A stretch of 44,680 bases of DNA from positions 38,663 through 83,342 of the forward strand of contig MHPJ01000009.1 of the NCBI GenBank assembly GCA_001822065.1, written 5' to 3'. The translations under genes were made by a program, and so were the position numbers. Origin of the DNA: Candidatus Staskawiczbacteria bacterium RIFOXYB1_FULL_37_44 (GTDB lineage Bacteria > Patescibacteriota > Minisyncoccia > Minisyncoccales > Staskawiczbacteraceae). The notes under the pieces are model-generated. The model saw only the letters and a program-made list of their open reading frames with translations. It was not told where the DNA came from and ran no database searches. Of the stretch, positions 8,233 to 16,566 are shown in pieces (within the stretch, counting starts at the first letter, position 1; the number at the start of each line of letters is the position of its first letter).

Positions 8233-9323
8233 AAATATTAACAGGAATAGATTTACCATTTGCCCCGCTTAGCGGAAGTTTTACGCTTTGCGATGATTTA
8301 TATGGCAATATAAATGCACAAGATAGTGTTAAATTTTTATCATTACATTCAAATGCTGGGAAAAAATGGTCGAAAATCAAAGAAGTAGATTTATTGAATA
8401 TCAAGAAGGAAAAAAATACTAATGGGTATGCTAAATATGTTGATAAAATACATTCCTCGATTGAAAAACAAATAAATACTTTTAAACCCGATATAATACA
8501 TATTCAGCATTTTTGCTTTGGTATGGCGGCGGCTTTTAGTGAAATAGATTTGCCAAAGATCGCCTTTTGTCACGGGACTGATGTTGAATTTGCCATTAAG
8601 AACGAAATCCACAGGAAGACTATTAAAAAAGTATTGGAATCATCGGAGAAAGTTGTATTTCCAACAAAAAGCATGTTTTATGATTATAAAAAGCTTTTTC
8701 CTAACATAAAGATAAATCCGGTCATAATACCGTGGGGTATCTCGGATGAAATTTTTAAAATCAACAGATCTAGAACGATTTGGCATAAAAATAAATGCAA
8801 TTTGTTGTATGCTGGGCGTTTGAGTAAAAATAAAGGGGTTGATACAATTATAAAGTCGATGAAATTTTTAGATAAGAGATTTGTTTTAACTATCATCGGT
8901 GACGGAGATCAAAAAGATGCTTTGATCAAATTGGTAAAAGAATACGGGTTATCTTTAAGAGTAAAATTTTTAAAATTTCAACCCAGGAAGGAGCTTTGGA
9001 AGCTTTTTAATAATTATGACATAATGATTATATCCACTAAAATTATTGAAGCTTTTTGCTTGACAGCTATAGAGGGCCAAGCACACGGTTTGCCTGTAAT
9101 TCATTCAGATATCGGAGGAACGAAAGATGTTATTGGATTATCAGCACTTAGATTTAGATCGGGAAATTGTTTAGATTTATCGGAAAAGATTAAATCTTTG
9201 GCATTTGATTTCAAGAAAATGAATCAGTATTCAAAGATTGGTTTTAAGAATGCCAAAAAATATAAGATATCTCAAACAAAAAGGAAGATTTGGGATATTT
9301 CACGTAAAGTAATTAAAAAATAA
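8229..9323 (+). CDS. GT4-family (GT-B) glycosyltransferase
   Basis: LLYAGRLSKNKGVD, and an EX7E motif in EAFCLTAIEGQAHGLPVIHSDIGG. Confidence 0.8.
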   Translation: MKILTGIDLPFAPLSGSFTLCDDLYGNINAQDSVKFLSLHSNAGKKWSKIKEVDLLNIKKEKNTNGYAKYVDKIHSSIEKQINTFKPDIIHIQHFCFGMAAAFSEIDLPKIAFCHGTDVEFAIKNEIHRKTIKKVLESSEKVVFPTKSMFYDYKKLFPNIKINPVIIPWGISDEIFKINRSRTIWHKNKCNLLYAGRLSKNKGVDTIIKSMKFLDKRFVLTIIGDGDQKDALIKLVKEYGLSLRVKFLKFQPRKELWKLFNNYDIMIISTKIIEAFCLTAIEGQAHGLPVIHSDIGGTKDVIGLSALRFRSGNCLDLSEKIKSLAFDFKKMNQYSKIGFKNAKKYKISQTKRKIWDISRKVIKK

Positions 9324-9328
9324 AAAAT

Positions 9329-10090
9329 ATGACAGATTTTATTATTCTCGCTGCAGGGAAAGGCACTAGATTGAAAACGGAAACATCTAAAGCTTTAATC
9401 AAAGTCCTCGGGATTCCTATGATACATTATACCGTCGATTTAGCTGAATCGACTGGAATATGTAGTAATATTTTTGTCGTAACATCAAACGTTAATCGCG
9501 AAGATATCGAAAAAGAATTATCGGGGGAGAAATGCTATTTTATTATACAGAAAGAACAACTTGGGACAGGAGATGCCGTGAGGTCTGTTATTGATAACAA
9601 TGCAAATTTAAACGATAATGTTCTTGTATTGTTAGTGGATCATCCTTTAATACCTTTAAATGCGATATTAAAGTTAAATGATGTACATATTAAGGGCGAT
9701 TCACCATTAAGTATGGTGACGGCTTGTGTCCCTAATTATGAAGGAATATATGCTGGTTTTTATCATGATGGGAGAATAAAACGAGATGAGAATGGAAATA
9801 TATTGGGAATAATCGAGCCGACGGAGGCGACAGAATATGAAATGAAAATAAAAGAAATAAATACATCCCTTTATATGTTCAATAGAGATTGGCTTATTGA
9901 AAATATGTCAAAGATTAAAATTAACGAGAAAAAGGGTGAATATTATTTAACAGATCTCGTAAAGCTGGCGGTTGATCAAGGCGTTAAAATAGGATCGGTT
10001 CAGATAGATGCAAAAGATAGTGCAGGAATAAATACTCAAAAAGATTTAGAAACTGTCGAGTCTTTTTTAAAGGAAAAAAATCATGAATAA
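9329..10090 (+). CDS. Sugar-1-phosphate nucleotidyltransferase resembling the GlmU N-terminal domain (no acetyltransferase domain)
   Basis: ILAAGKGTRLKTETSKALIKVLGIPMI, QKEQLGTGDAV and NTSLYMF. At 253 aa it covers only the pyrophosphorylase domain. Confidence 0.75.
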   Translation: MTDFIILAAGKGTRLKTETSKALIKVLGIPMIHYTVDLAESTGICSNIFVVTSNVNREDIEKELSGEKCYFIIQKEQLGTGDAVRSVIDNNANLNDNVLVLLVDHPLIPLNAILKLNDVHIKGDSPLSMVTACVPNYEGIYAGFYHDGRIKRDENGNILGIIEPTEATEYEMKIKEINTSLYMFNRDWLIENMSKIKINEKKGEYYLTDLVKLAVDQGVKIGSVQIDAKDSAGINTQKDLETVESFLKEKNHE

Positions 10091-11174
10091 GACTATAATA
10101 TTTACCGGTGGGGGGACGGCAGGCCATGTTACTCCTAACTTAGAAATAATTCCATTTTTTATTAACAATGGGTGGAATGTTTTCTATGTTGGATCAAAAT
10201 ACGGTATGGAAAAAGAGATTGTAACTAAATCAGATGTTAGAATAAAATTTTTACCCATACACGCTGGCAAATTACGCAGGTATTTTTCATTACAAAACGT
10301 TGTAGATATATTTTTGATTGGACTAGGCATAATTGAAGCATTTATTATAATAAAAAAATATAAACCCGCTATCATATTCTCTAAGGGTGGGTTTGTATCT
10401 TTTCCAGTTGTTTTTGCGGCTTGGTTGAATATGGTTCCTGTGCTAATACATGAATCTGATGTTACTCCGGGGTTGTCGAATAAACTTTCAGGTTTTTTTG
10501 CTTCAAAAATATTTTCTACATTCTCTGAAACAAGTAAATATACAAATAACAGCAAATTAGAATATATCGGACCAATAATACGCAGTGGTTTTAAAAATGC
10601 CAACTATAAAAAAGGATTTGAATACTGTGGCTTTAATAAAAATATACCAGTAATCTTGGTTATGGGCGGTAGTCTCGGTTCGGAAAACATAAACAAAGCG
10701 ATAAGGAGAGATTTAAATAAACTAATAAATAATTTTCAAATAGTTCATATTTGCGGAAAGAGAAATGTCGATAAAAATATAAAATTTGATAATTATAAGC
10801 AGTTTGAATATATCAATGATCAATTTCCTGATGTTTTAGCAATGTCGAAATTGGTTGTCGCTAGAGCTGGCTCAAATTCAATATTTGAATTTTTATTTAT
10901 GAAGAAGCCGATGATATTAATTCCACTACCGCCTAAATCAAGCCGAGGAGATCAGATAATGAACGCAAAGATATTTAAGGAAAAAGGTTATTGCGAGGTT
11001 ATTAATGATGAAGATTTAGAAAATGTTTCATCGGATAATGTTATAAGAGTAGCTTACAAAAATAAGGATTATTATATAAAGAATATGCAGAATGTAAATT
11101 TTTCAGATAATGCAAAGAAAGTTTATGAATTTATTACAAAGAAATTGGCGAATAAGTGTAAATTGAATAAATAA
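10083..11174 (+). CDS. murG: MurG, UDP-GlcNAc:lipid I GlcNAc transferase
   Basis: IIFTGGGTAGHVTPNL, GKLRRYFSLQNVVD, FSKGGFVSFPVV, VPVLIHESDVTPGLSNK, VARAGSNSIFE and SSRGDQIMNA closely follow streptococcal-type MurG. Confidence 0.85.
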   Translation: MNKTIIFTGGGTAGHVTPNLEIIPFFINNGWNVFYVGSKYGMEKEIVTKSDVRIKFLPIHAGKLRRYFSLQNVVDIFLIGLGIIEAFIIIKKYKPAIIFSKGGFVSFPVVFAAWLNMVPVLIHESDVTPGLSNKLSGFFASKIFSTFSETSKYTNNSKLEYIGPIIRSGFKNANYKKGFEYCGFNKNIPVILVMGGSLGSENINKAIRRDLNKLINNFQIVHICGKRNVDKNIKFDNYKQFEYINDQFPDVLAMSKLVVARAGSNSIFEFLFMKKPMILIPLPPKSSRGDQIMNAKIFKEKGYCEVINDEDLENVSSDNVIRVAYKNKDYYIKNMQNVNFSDNAKKVYEFITKKLANKCKLNK

Positions 11175-11177
11175 TTT

Positions 11178-11663
11178 ATGATTATTTTTATCAATGGTTC
11201 TATAAATTCCGGAAAGACCACAGTTGCTAAAATTTTATTTAAAGAACTACCCAATTTTGTTTTGGTGGAAATTGATGCGTTTCATGAAATGATAAATTGG
11301 ATGCCGATAAGTCAAGCTGTTCCGATTAACCTTGAGAACGCAGTTTTTGCAATTAAAAATTTTGCAAGAAAAGGGATTAACTCAATAGTCCCATATCCAT
11401 TGTCCCAAAAAAATTATGATTACATGATGGGCGAGCTTAAAGCTGTTAATACTAAAATTTACGTTTTTACATTATCTCCAAAATTTGATAAAGCACTTAC
11501 AAATCGAGGAGAGAGGAAACTTACCAATGAAGAAAAAGACCGAATTAAATATCATTATGAAATCGGTATTCATGCGCCAAATTTTGGAGAAATTATTGAT
11601 AATTCCGAACAAAGCCCGGAAGAAACCGCAAAAGTAATTTTAGATAAAATAAAAATCGCATAA
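11178..11663 (+). CDS. Small P-loop kinase (AAA_33 / chloramphenicol-phosphotransferase-like)
   Basis: Walker A in IIFINGSINSGKTTVAKIL. 161 aa. Last gene of the operon. Confidence 0.55.
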   Translation: MIIFINGSINSGKTTVAKILFKELPNFVLVEIDAFHEMINWMPISQAVPINLENAVFAIKNFARKGINSIVPYPLSQKNYDYMMGELKAVNTKIYVFTLSPKFDKALTNRGERKLTNEEKDRIKYHYEIGIHAPNFGEIIDNSEQSPEETAKVILDKIKIA

Positions 11664-11729
11664 GAAAAGCGTATAAACTGTTTAAGGGGGTATTTTCTCA
11701 TGGAAGTTAATATTAGTTTATAGAAAAGT

Positions 11730-11759
11730 TTGACAAGTTTGGGTATGTTAGTGTATAAT
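11730..11759 (+). promoter_or_regulatory. Strong sigma70-type promoter of the GC-rich gene
   Basis: TTGACA (11730-11735), 18-nt spacer, TATAAT (11754-11759). A GGAGGAG Shine-Dalgarno lies 4-5 nt before the ATG at 11808. Confidence 0.55.
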
Positions 11760-11807
11760 AAAAGACGATGAGTTGGACATTGAAAATTATAACCCTGGAG
11801 GAGTCCA

Positions 11808-12809
11808 ATGAACAGATCAGTCGCAAACGCGCAGCCGATTTCATTGGTTCTCTCCAGAAAGAGAATCAAGAAAAAAGTTGTGGCAAAAAAGACGGTTGGA
11901 GAGTTCTTTAACTTTCACATCCGCCTTCTGTTGATCGAGCTTTTCGGCTTGATTTTCAATCACGACTGGATATTTTGGCTGATAGGATCAGCCAACAGGA
12001 AGCTCGGACTGATAAAGTCTGTTTTTCTTGTATATCCAGCCACCGAGGAGTACGAAAGAGCGTACACCTATAAGAAAAGGGCAAAGAGAATTGAATGGAG
12101 CCCTTGGCTTGTGGGTTTGTTCTGGCAAAACGGAAAAGTTGGCGTAAAATTCGCCATTTCTTCAAGCAACAGTCAATTTGTAGATCCGGGCAATAAGGAA
12201 AAACTCCGGAGCGTTGCCGAAAGGATGGAGAAAATCAGGCAACTTTTTCGCGCCGAGCATAAAACTTTTGCCGGCATTCTTCCCGGGGTGTTGCTTGCCA
12301 ATAGAATGGTGAGAAAAACTCCGGAAGCTGATGTAACGGTTGAAGTTGTGTGCCAGGCAATTGGCAAAGTAAAGTCGCTTGAAGGATTAGGCGATGATAC
12401 GCCAATTATTGTCCTTGGCGGGAGAGGATTTATAGGACGACGAGTTGTTTCCTCTCTGCCAAAGAACACTGCTTATTGTGTGGACATCGCAGGAAATAAT
12501 GGTCAATATGCTTGGCCGTCTCATTTGCAGGGCAGGCCCGTGTTGCTCGTCAACATAAGCTTGAACTCTGCATTGGGGCAATATGTCCATCTGCTTTGGC
12601 CCGAGGTTGTGATTCTCAACGAAGTTTACCCGGAGCCATCGCAGGAGTTAGTTGAACGATTAGAGGCTGTTGGCTCTCGCTGCTGGCATGTTGCGGGAGT
12701 TAAGGCAGGGGCTTTGCCTTCATTTCCCGGCGGTTATCAAGGGGGGATTCCTTGTTGTGCCGCATGGCAATCCGATGAGATGGAGGTTTTGCTCAAAAAG
12801 ATCGTTTAG
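11808..12809 (+). CDS. GC-anomalous NAD(P)-binding Rossmann protein, possibly of the acyl-ACP-reductase/shikimate-DH-like family
   Basis: IIVLGGRGFIGRRVVSSL is a dinucleotide-binding motif. The overall order of segments loosely parallels cyanobacterial acyl-ACP reductase (tentative, from memory). Hand counts of two 60-nt lines give 50-52% GC against about 30-38% in the flanks. Confidence 0.6.
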   Translation: MNRSVANAQPISLVLSRKRIKKKVVAKKTVGEFFNFHIRLLLIELFGLIFNHDWIFWLIGSANRKLGLIKSVFLVYPATEEYERAYTYKKRAKRIEWSPWLVGLFWQNGKVGVKFAISSSNSQFVDPGNKEKLRSVAERMEKIRQLFRAEHKTFAGILPGVLLANRMVRKTPEADVTVEVVCQAIGKVKSLEGLGDDTPIIVLGGRGFIGRRVVSSLPKNTAYCVDIAGNNGQYAWPSHLQGRPVLLVNISLNSALGQYVHLLWPEVVILNEVYPEPSQELVERLEAVGSRCWHVAGVKAGALPSFPGGYQGGIPCCAAWQSDEMEVLLKKIV

Positions 12810-12847
12810 GGCTTGTCATGGATTTGACAGGCCCTTTTTTGTTTTTT
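12809..12847 (+). terminator. Rho-independent terminator
   Basis: GGGCTTGTCA (12809-12818) pairs with TGACAGGCCC (12825-12834) with one G-U pair, followed by TTTTTTGTTTTTT. Confidence 0.7.
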
Positions 12848-12872
12848 AATTTTGGTGGTATAATAAAAAAAT

Positions 12873-14903
12873 ATGTTTAATTTATTGTTTGATCCAATTA
12901 ATATATCGTTAATTTCCACCGCTCTGCTAAATTTCTTTTTGGGATTGCTAATTTTTATTAGTGGGAAAAATAAGAAAATAAATATTGTATATAGTTTAAA
13001 TATTGTCGCCATTATTAGTTGGATATTGGCAATGTTTTTTTATCGTTCTTCACCTAAAGAAACCAACTTGCTCTGGTGTACAATTTTGTATGTTACGCCA
13101 ACTCTAATTGCCAGCAGCTTTTTATATTTTACTTATATTTTTCCTTCGCAAAAAGAAAAATATTTTTTTTGGAGAACTGTTCTAATTTTTGGCATAAATT
13201 TATTAATAATAATTTTGGTAATTTGGCCCGGGTTTATAATAAAAGGAGTCAGTGTTAGGCCTGGCTTAGAAAAACAAATAATTTTTACTTCATACTATTG
13301 GTTTTATTTCTTGTATACCTCGATATTTTTTTCTCTCGGATTTTTCCGGCTTTTTGTAAAATATTCAAAAAGCATCGGAATAGAACGCTTGCAGATAATT
13401 TATCTTGTGACAGGATATTCTTTAGCCACAAATCTTGCTTTTGTCACAAACTTAATAATGCCATGGATTGGGTTTTTCTTTTTGAATTGGCTTGGACAGG
13501 TTTTAACTTTTATAATGGTAGTTTTTACAACTTATGCAATTTTTAAGCACCACCTTCTTAATATCAAAATTATAGCTACTGAATTATTTGCGCTGGCTCT
13601 TTGTGTTGTAATATTGATCAGAACTTTTTTGTCGAACAATTTTCAGGATTTATCAATAAATATAGGAATTCTTGTCAGCATTGTGCTTTTTGGAATATTG
13701 CTTATTACAAGCGTTATCAGGGAAGTTGAACAAAAAGAAAAAATGGAACAAATGGCAAAAGATATAGAAAAGGCTTATGAATCGGAGAAAATGTCAAAAG
13801 AAAAAATTGACGAGGCAAGGGTGGAAGACGAAGCTCTTTTGTCAAGCATTGGAGATGGAGTTATTGCCATAGATAAAACCGGAAAAATAATGTTTATAAA
13901 CGAAGCTGCTGAAAAAATGTTGGGATATAGCCAAGCAGAAGCTGTAAGCAAACAGGTCGAAAATGTTTTGCTTGTGCAAAATGAAAAAGGCGAGCCAGTG
14001 CCAAAAGAAAGAAATTGGCTTTATAATGTTTTGGTTTTCGGCAAGAAAATAGTTACCGATGCCGCCAGCAAGCCGGATGCCGTAAATTATTATGTTAGAA
14101 AAGATAAAACAATGTTTCCTGTGGCGGTTACCGTTGCGCCAATTGTTTTAGGCGAACAAATAATTGGCGCGGTAGATGTGTTTCGCGACATTACTGTTGA
14201 AAAGCAAATAGATAAATCCAAAAGCGAGTTTGTGTCGCTGGCGTCGCACCAATTGCGTACTCCGCTTACTGCAATAAAATGGTATGCGGAAGTGCTTATG
14301 CGCAAAAAAGAAGGCAATAATATTACTTTAAAGCAGAAAAAATATCTGCGGGAAATTTTACACGGAAACGAACGGATGATAAAATTAATAGATGTAATGT
14401 TAAACGTTTCACGGCTTGAAGCAGGCAAAGTAAAAATAAATTTAGAGCCAGCAAACATAAAAGAGCTTTTGACAGACATAATAAAAGAGCAAAAATTTGA
14501 CATTAACCATAAAAAACAGAAATTTACTTTTTTTTGTCAAAACGGCTTGCCGGAGATTATGACGGACAAAAATTTATTTAGGCTGGTTTTTCAGAATCTT
14601 ATTTCCAATGCTATAAAATATACTCCCGATAAAGGCGAAGTTTCCTGCAAAGTTGAGAAAAAAGATGAAAATATTTTAATTGAAGTTGAAGATACGGGCA
14701 TTGGAATTCCAAAAGACCAGCAAAAAAGAATTTTTGAAAAATTATTTAGGGCCGACAACGCGTTTTCGCACACAGGCGAGGGTAACGGGCTTGGGCTTTA
14801 CGCGGCCAAAGCAACAGTTGAAAATTTGGGCGGGAAAATTTGGTTCAATTCCGAGCAAGGAAAGGGCACAGAGTTTTTTGTTAATTTTCCCATTAAAACT
14901 TAA
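12873..14903 (+). CDS. Sensor histidine kinase (multi-TM N-terminus, PAS, HisKA, HATPase_c)
   Basis: About 290 aa of hydrophobic helices, a PAS-like LLSSIGDGVIAIDKTGKIMFINEAAEKMLGY, the H-box SEFVSLASHQLRTPLTAI, the N-box NLISNAIKYTP, and G-boxes DTGIGIP and GNGLGLY. Confidence 0.85.
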   Translation: MFNLLFDPINISLISTALLNFFLGLLIFISGKNKKINIVYSLNIVAIISWILAMFFYRSSPKETNLLWCTILYVTPTLIASSFLYFTYIFPSQKEKYFFWRTVLIFGINLLIIILVIWPGFIIKGVSVRPGLEKQIIFTSYYWFYFLYTSIFFSLGFFRLFVKYSKSIGIERLQIIYLVTGYSLATNLAFVTNLIMPWIGFFFLNWLGQVLTFIMVVFTTYAIFKHHLLNIKIIATELFALALCVVILIRTFLSNNFQDLSINIGILVSIVLFGILLITSVIREVEQKEKMEQMAKDIEKAYESEKMSKEKIDEARVEDEALLSSIGDGVIAIDKTGKIMFINEAAEKMLGYSQAEAVSKQVENVLLVQNEKGEPVPKERNWLYNVLVFGKKIVTDAASKPDAVNYYVRKDKTMFPVAVTVAPIVLGEQIIGAVDVFRDITVEKQIDKSKSEFVSLASHQLRTPLTAIKWYAEVLMRKKEGNNITLKQKKYLREILHGNERMIKLIDVMLNVSRLEAGKVKINLEPANIKELLTDIIKEQKFDINHKKQKFTFFCQNGLPEIMTDKNLFRLVFQNLISNAIKYTPDKGEVSCKVEKKDENILIEVEDTGIGIPKDQQKRIFEKLFRADNAFSHTGEGNGLGLYAAKATVENLGGKIWFNSEQGKGTEFFVNFPIKT

Positions 14904-14953
14904 TTTGCTTGTTGACAGGCAAATTCACGGGTGTATCATTAAAAGAATATATT

Positions 14954-15319
14954 ATGAATAGAGAAATATACGTAATAATAGTTGAAGTTTTCTCTTTTTT
15001 GGTTGTTGGCTTGACTGTGGCTTTTGTGATTGGCTGGTATTTATCAAGAAGAGCGGAAATAAAAAGATACCGCAGGATTTTGCTTTCAAAGCGCGACGTT
15101 GAATCTTCATATAATCTTATAAAAAAAGACATAAATTCAGCGCTAAAAAATATTTCAGGAGACACTTTAAGCGAAGGCAGAATAAACGAAATAAAACATT
15201 TGCTTATGCGCGTTGATGAAAATATTGAAAAAATGAATAAATATGTGGCGCAAGGCATTAAAATAATCGGCAAATATGATATTATAAAAAAAATAGATAA
15301 ATCATTAAAAATTGACTAA
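14954..15319 (+). CDS. Small single-TM coiled-coil protein
   Basis: The ATG at 14954 gives MNREIYVIIVEVFSFLVVGLTVAFVIGWYL followed by a charged helical tail. The ORF-track start 14909 lies within 6 nt of the kinase stop and adds a non-hydrophobic leader. Confidence 0.45.
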   Translation: MNREIYVIIVEVFSFLVVGLTVAFVIGWYLSRRAEIKRYRRILLSKRDVESSYNLIKKDINSALKNISGDTLSEGRINEIKHLLMRVDENIEKMNKYVAQGIKIIGKYDIIKKIDKSLKID

Positions 15320-15698
15320 AATGCTAAATAAAAAAATGAAAGTTTTAATTGTCGAAGATGAAGATGCGCTGTCTGACGTTGTGAAAGAAGAGCTTCGCGG
15401 CCATGGCTACGACGCCAAGGTTGCCCCGGACGGAGAAGAAGCTTTAAGGCTTGCCAAATCGTTTAAGCCCAGCTTGATTTTGTTAGATTTAATTTTGCCA
15501 AAAAAGGGCGGGCTGGATGTTTTGGCAGAGCTGAAGGCCGAAGCAGAATTAAAAGCCATACCGGTTATCGTGCTGTCCAATTTGGCGGAAGACGAAAGCA
15601 TAAAAAAAGCTTTTTCAATTGGCGCCATTGATTATTTTGTCAAAAGCCAGCATTCCATTTACGAAGTTGTGGAAAAAGTCCAAAAGTATTTAAAGTAA
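15312..15698 (+). CDS. Receiver-only response regulator
   Basis: KVLIVEDEDAL, PSLILLDLILPKKGG, IPVIVLSNL and the IDYFVKS receiver motifs, with no output domain. The ATG at 15336 is an alternative start. Confidence 0.8.
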   Translation: MTKMLNKKMKVLIVEDEDALSDVVKEELRGHGYDAKVAPDGEEALRLAKSFKPSLILLDLILPKKGGLDVLAELKAEAELKAIPVIVLSNLAEDESIKKAFSIGAIDYFVKSQHSIYEVVEKVQKYLK

Positions 15699-15722
15699 TT
15701 TCTAAACAAAGGGAAAAGATGC

Positions 15723-15836
15723 ATGCAAAAAGCAAATTCAAGAGGGTTTGGATTATTAGATTTTATTATTATAGGATCAGTAATAAGCATTTTAGTCTTC
15801 ATAATAATTTCGAATATTATGGCTCATGCTTATTAA
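15723..15836 (+). CDS. Possible 37-aa prepilin-like hydrophobic peptide (below the ORF-track cutoff)
   Basis: My translation is MQKANSRGFGLLDFIIIGSVISILVFIIISNIMAHAY. It has a short basic leader ending in Gly, then F-G-L-L-D and a hydrophobic helix, resembling a type IV prepilin N-terminus with Asp at +5 and no globular domain. Confidence 0.25.
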   Translation: MQKANSRGFGLLDFIIIGSVISILVFIIISNIMAHAY

Positions 15837-15853
15837 CGGTACAATAAAAAAAT

Positions 15854-16042
15854 ATGGCTGTAGATAAAAGAACATTTATTATTGTGGCGGTAATTGTTGC
15901 CGTTGTTCTGCCGGCTATTGTTTTGGTTTTTCATAGGACTTTTTTTCCGATAATTATTTCTATGCAAAAAACTTTTACTTCCGCCGCCTTAACAAACGGG
16001 ACAACCGGCGTTCCGCCCATGCTGATGAAGCTTTTTAAATAA
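15854..16042 (+). CDS. Small single-TM protein
   Basis: MAVDKRTFIIVAVIVAVVLPAIVLVF, then a short tail. No recognisable family. Confidence 0.35.
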   Translation: MAVDKRTFIIVAVIVAVVLPAIVLVFHRTFFPIIISMQKTFTSAALTNGTTGVPPMLMKLFK

Positions 16043-16048
16043 AATTGT

Positions 16049-16429
16049 ATGGAAAAAACAAATAAAAAAATTCTTATTGTTGAAGATGATAAATCGTTTC
16101 TTTGGATTTTAAAGCAAAGTTTTACAGAAGAAGGCTTTATGGTTTCTTTTGCAACAGACGGTCAAAGAGGCCTTGACGCTGCAGAAAGAGAAAAGCCCGA
16201 CTTGATTATTTTGGATATTTTAATGCCAAAAGTCGATGGCATAACCCTGGCAAGGGAGTTGCGGAAAAAAGGCATAAGTTCTCCAATTATTTTTTTGACA
16301 AATTTAAAAGACACAGAGCATATTGGCGAGGCAGTTGAACTGGGAGAGGGGACTGACTACGTGGTAAAATCTGACATTCATATAGATCAAATTATTGAAA
16401 TGGTCAAAAAAAAGTTGGGAGCAAAATAA
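16049..16429 (+). CDS. Receiver-only response regulator (paralog of 25172..25543)
   Basis: KILIVEDDKSF, KPDLIILDILMPKVDG, PIIFLTN and DYVVKS, with no output domain. Confidence 0.85.
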   Translation: MEKTNKKILIVEDDKSFLWILKQSFTEEGFMVSFATDGQRGLDAAEREKPDLIILDILMPKVDGITLARELRKKGISSPIIFLTNLKDTEHIGEAVELGEGTDYVVKSDIHIDQIIEMVKKKLGAK

Positions 16430-16492
16430 TTTTATTAAAAAATAAAAACGAACCCTGTTCAGCGGGGGTTTTTTGTGTTATTATTTTTTAAT

Positions 16493-16566
16493 AGGGGCGT
16501 GGTGAAATGGTATCATAAGGGTCTCCAAAACCCTTGGTCTGGGTCCGATTCCCAGCGTCCCTGCCA
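16493..16566 (+). tRNA. tRNA-Trp (anticodon CCA), CCA end encoded
   Basis: My manual fold uses acceptor AGGGGCG/CGTCCCT (one G-U), D stem GTGA/TCAT, anticodon stem AGGGT/ACCCT with loop CTCCAAA, and T stem CTGGG/CCCAG. It ends in discriminator G plus CCA. It resembles E. coli tRNA-Trp (AGGGGCG...CTCCAAAAC...CCCCTGCCA). Confidence 0.85.
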
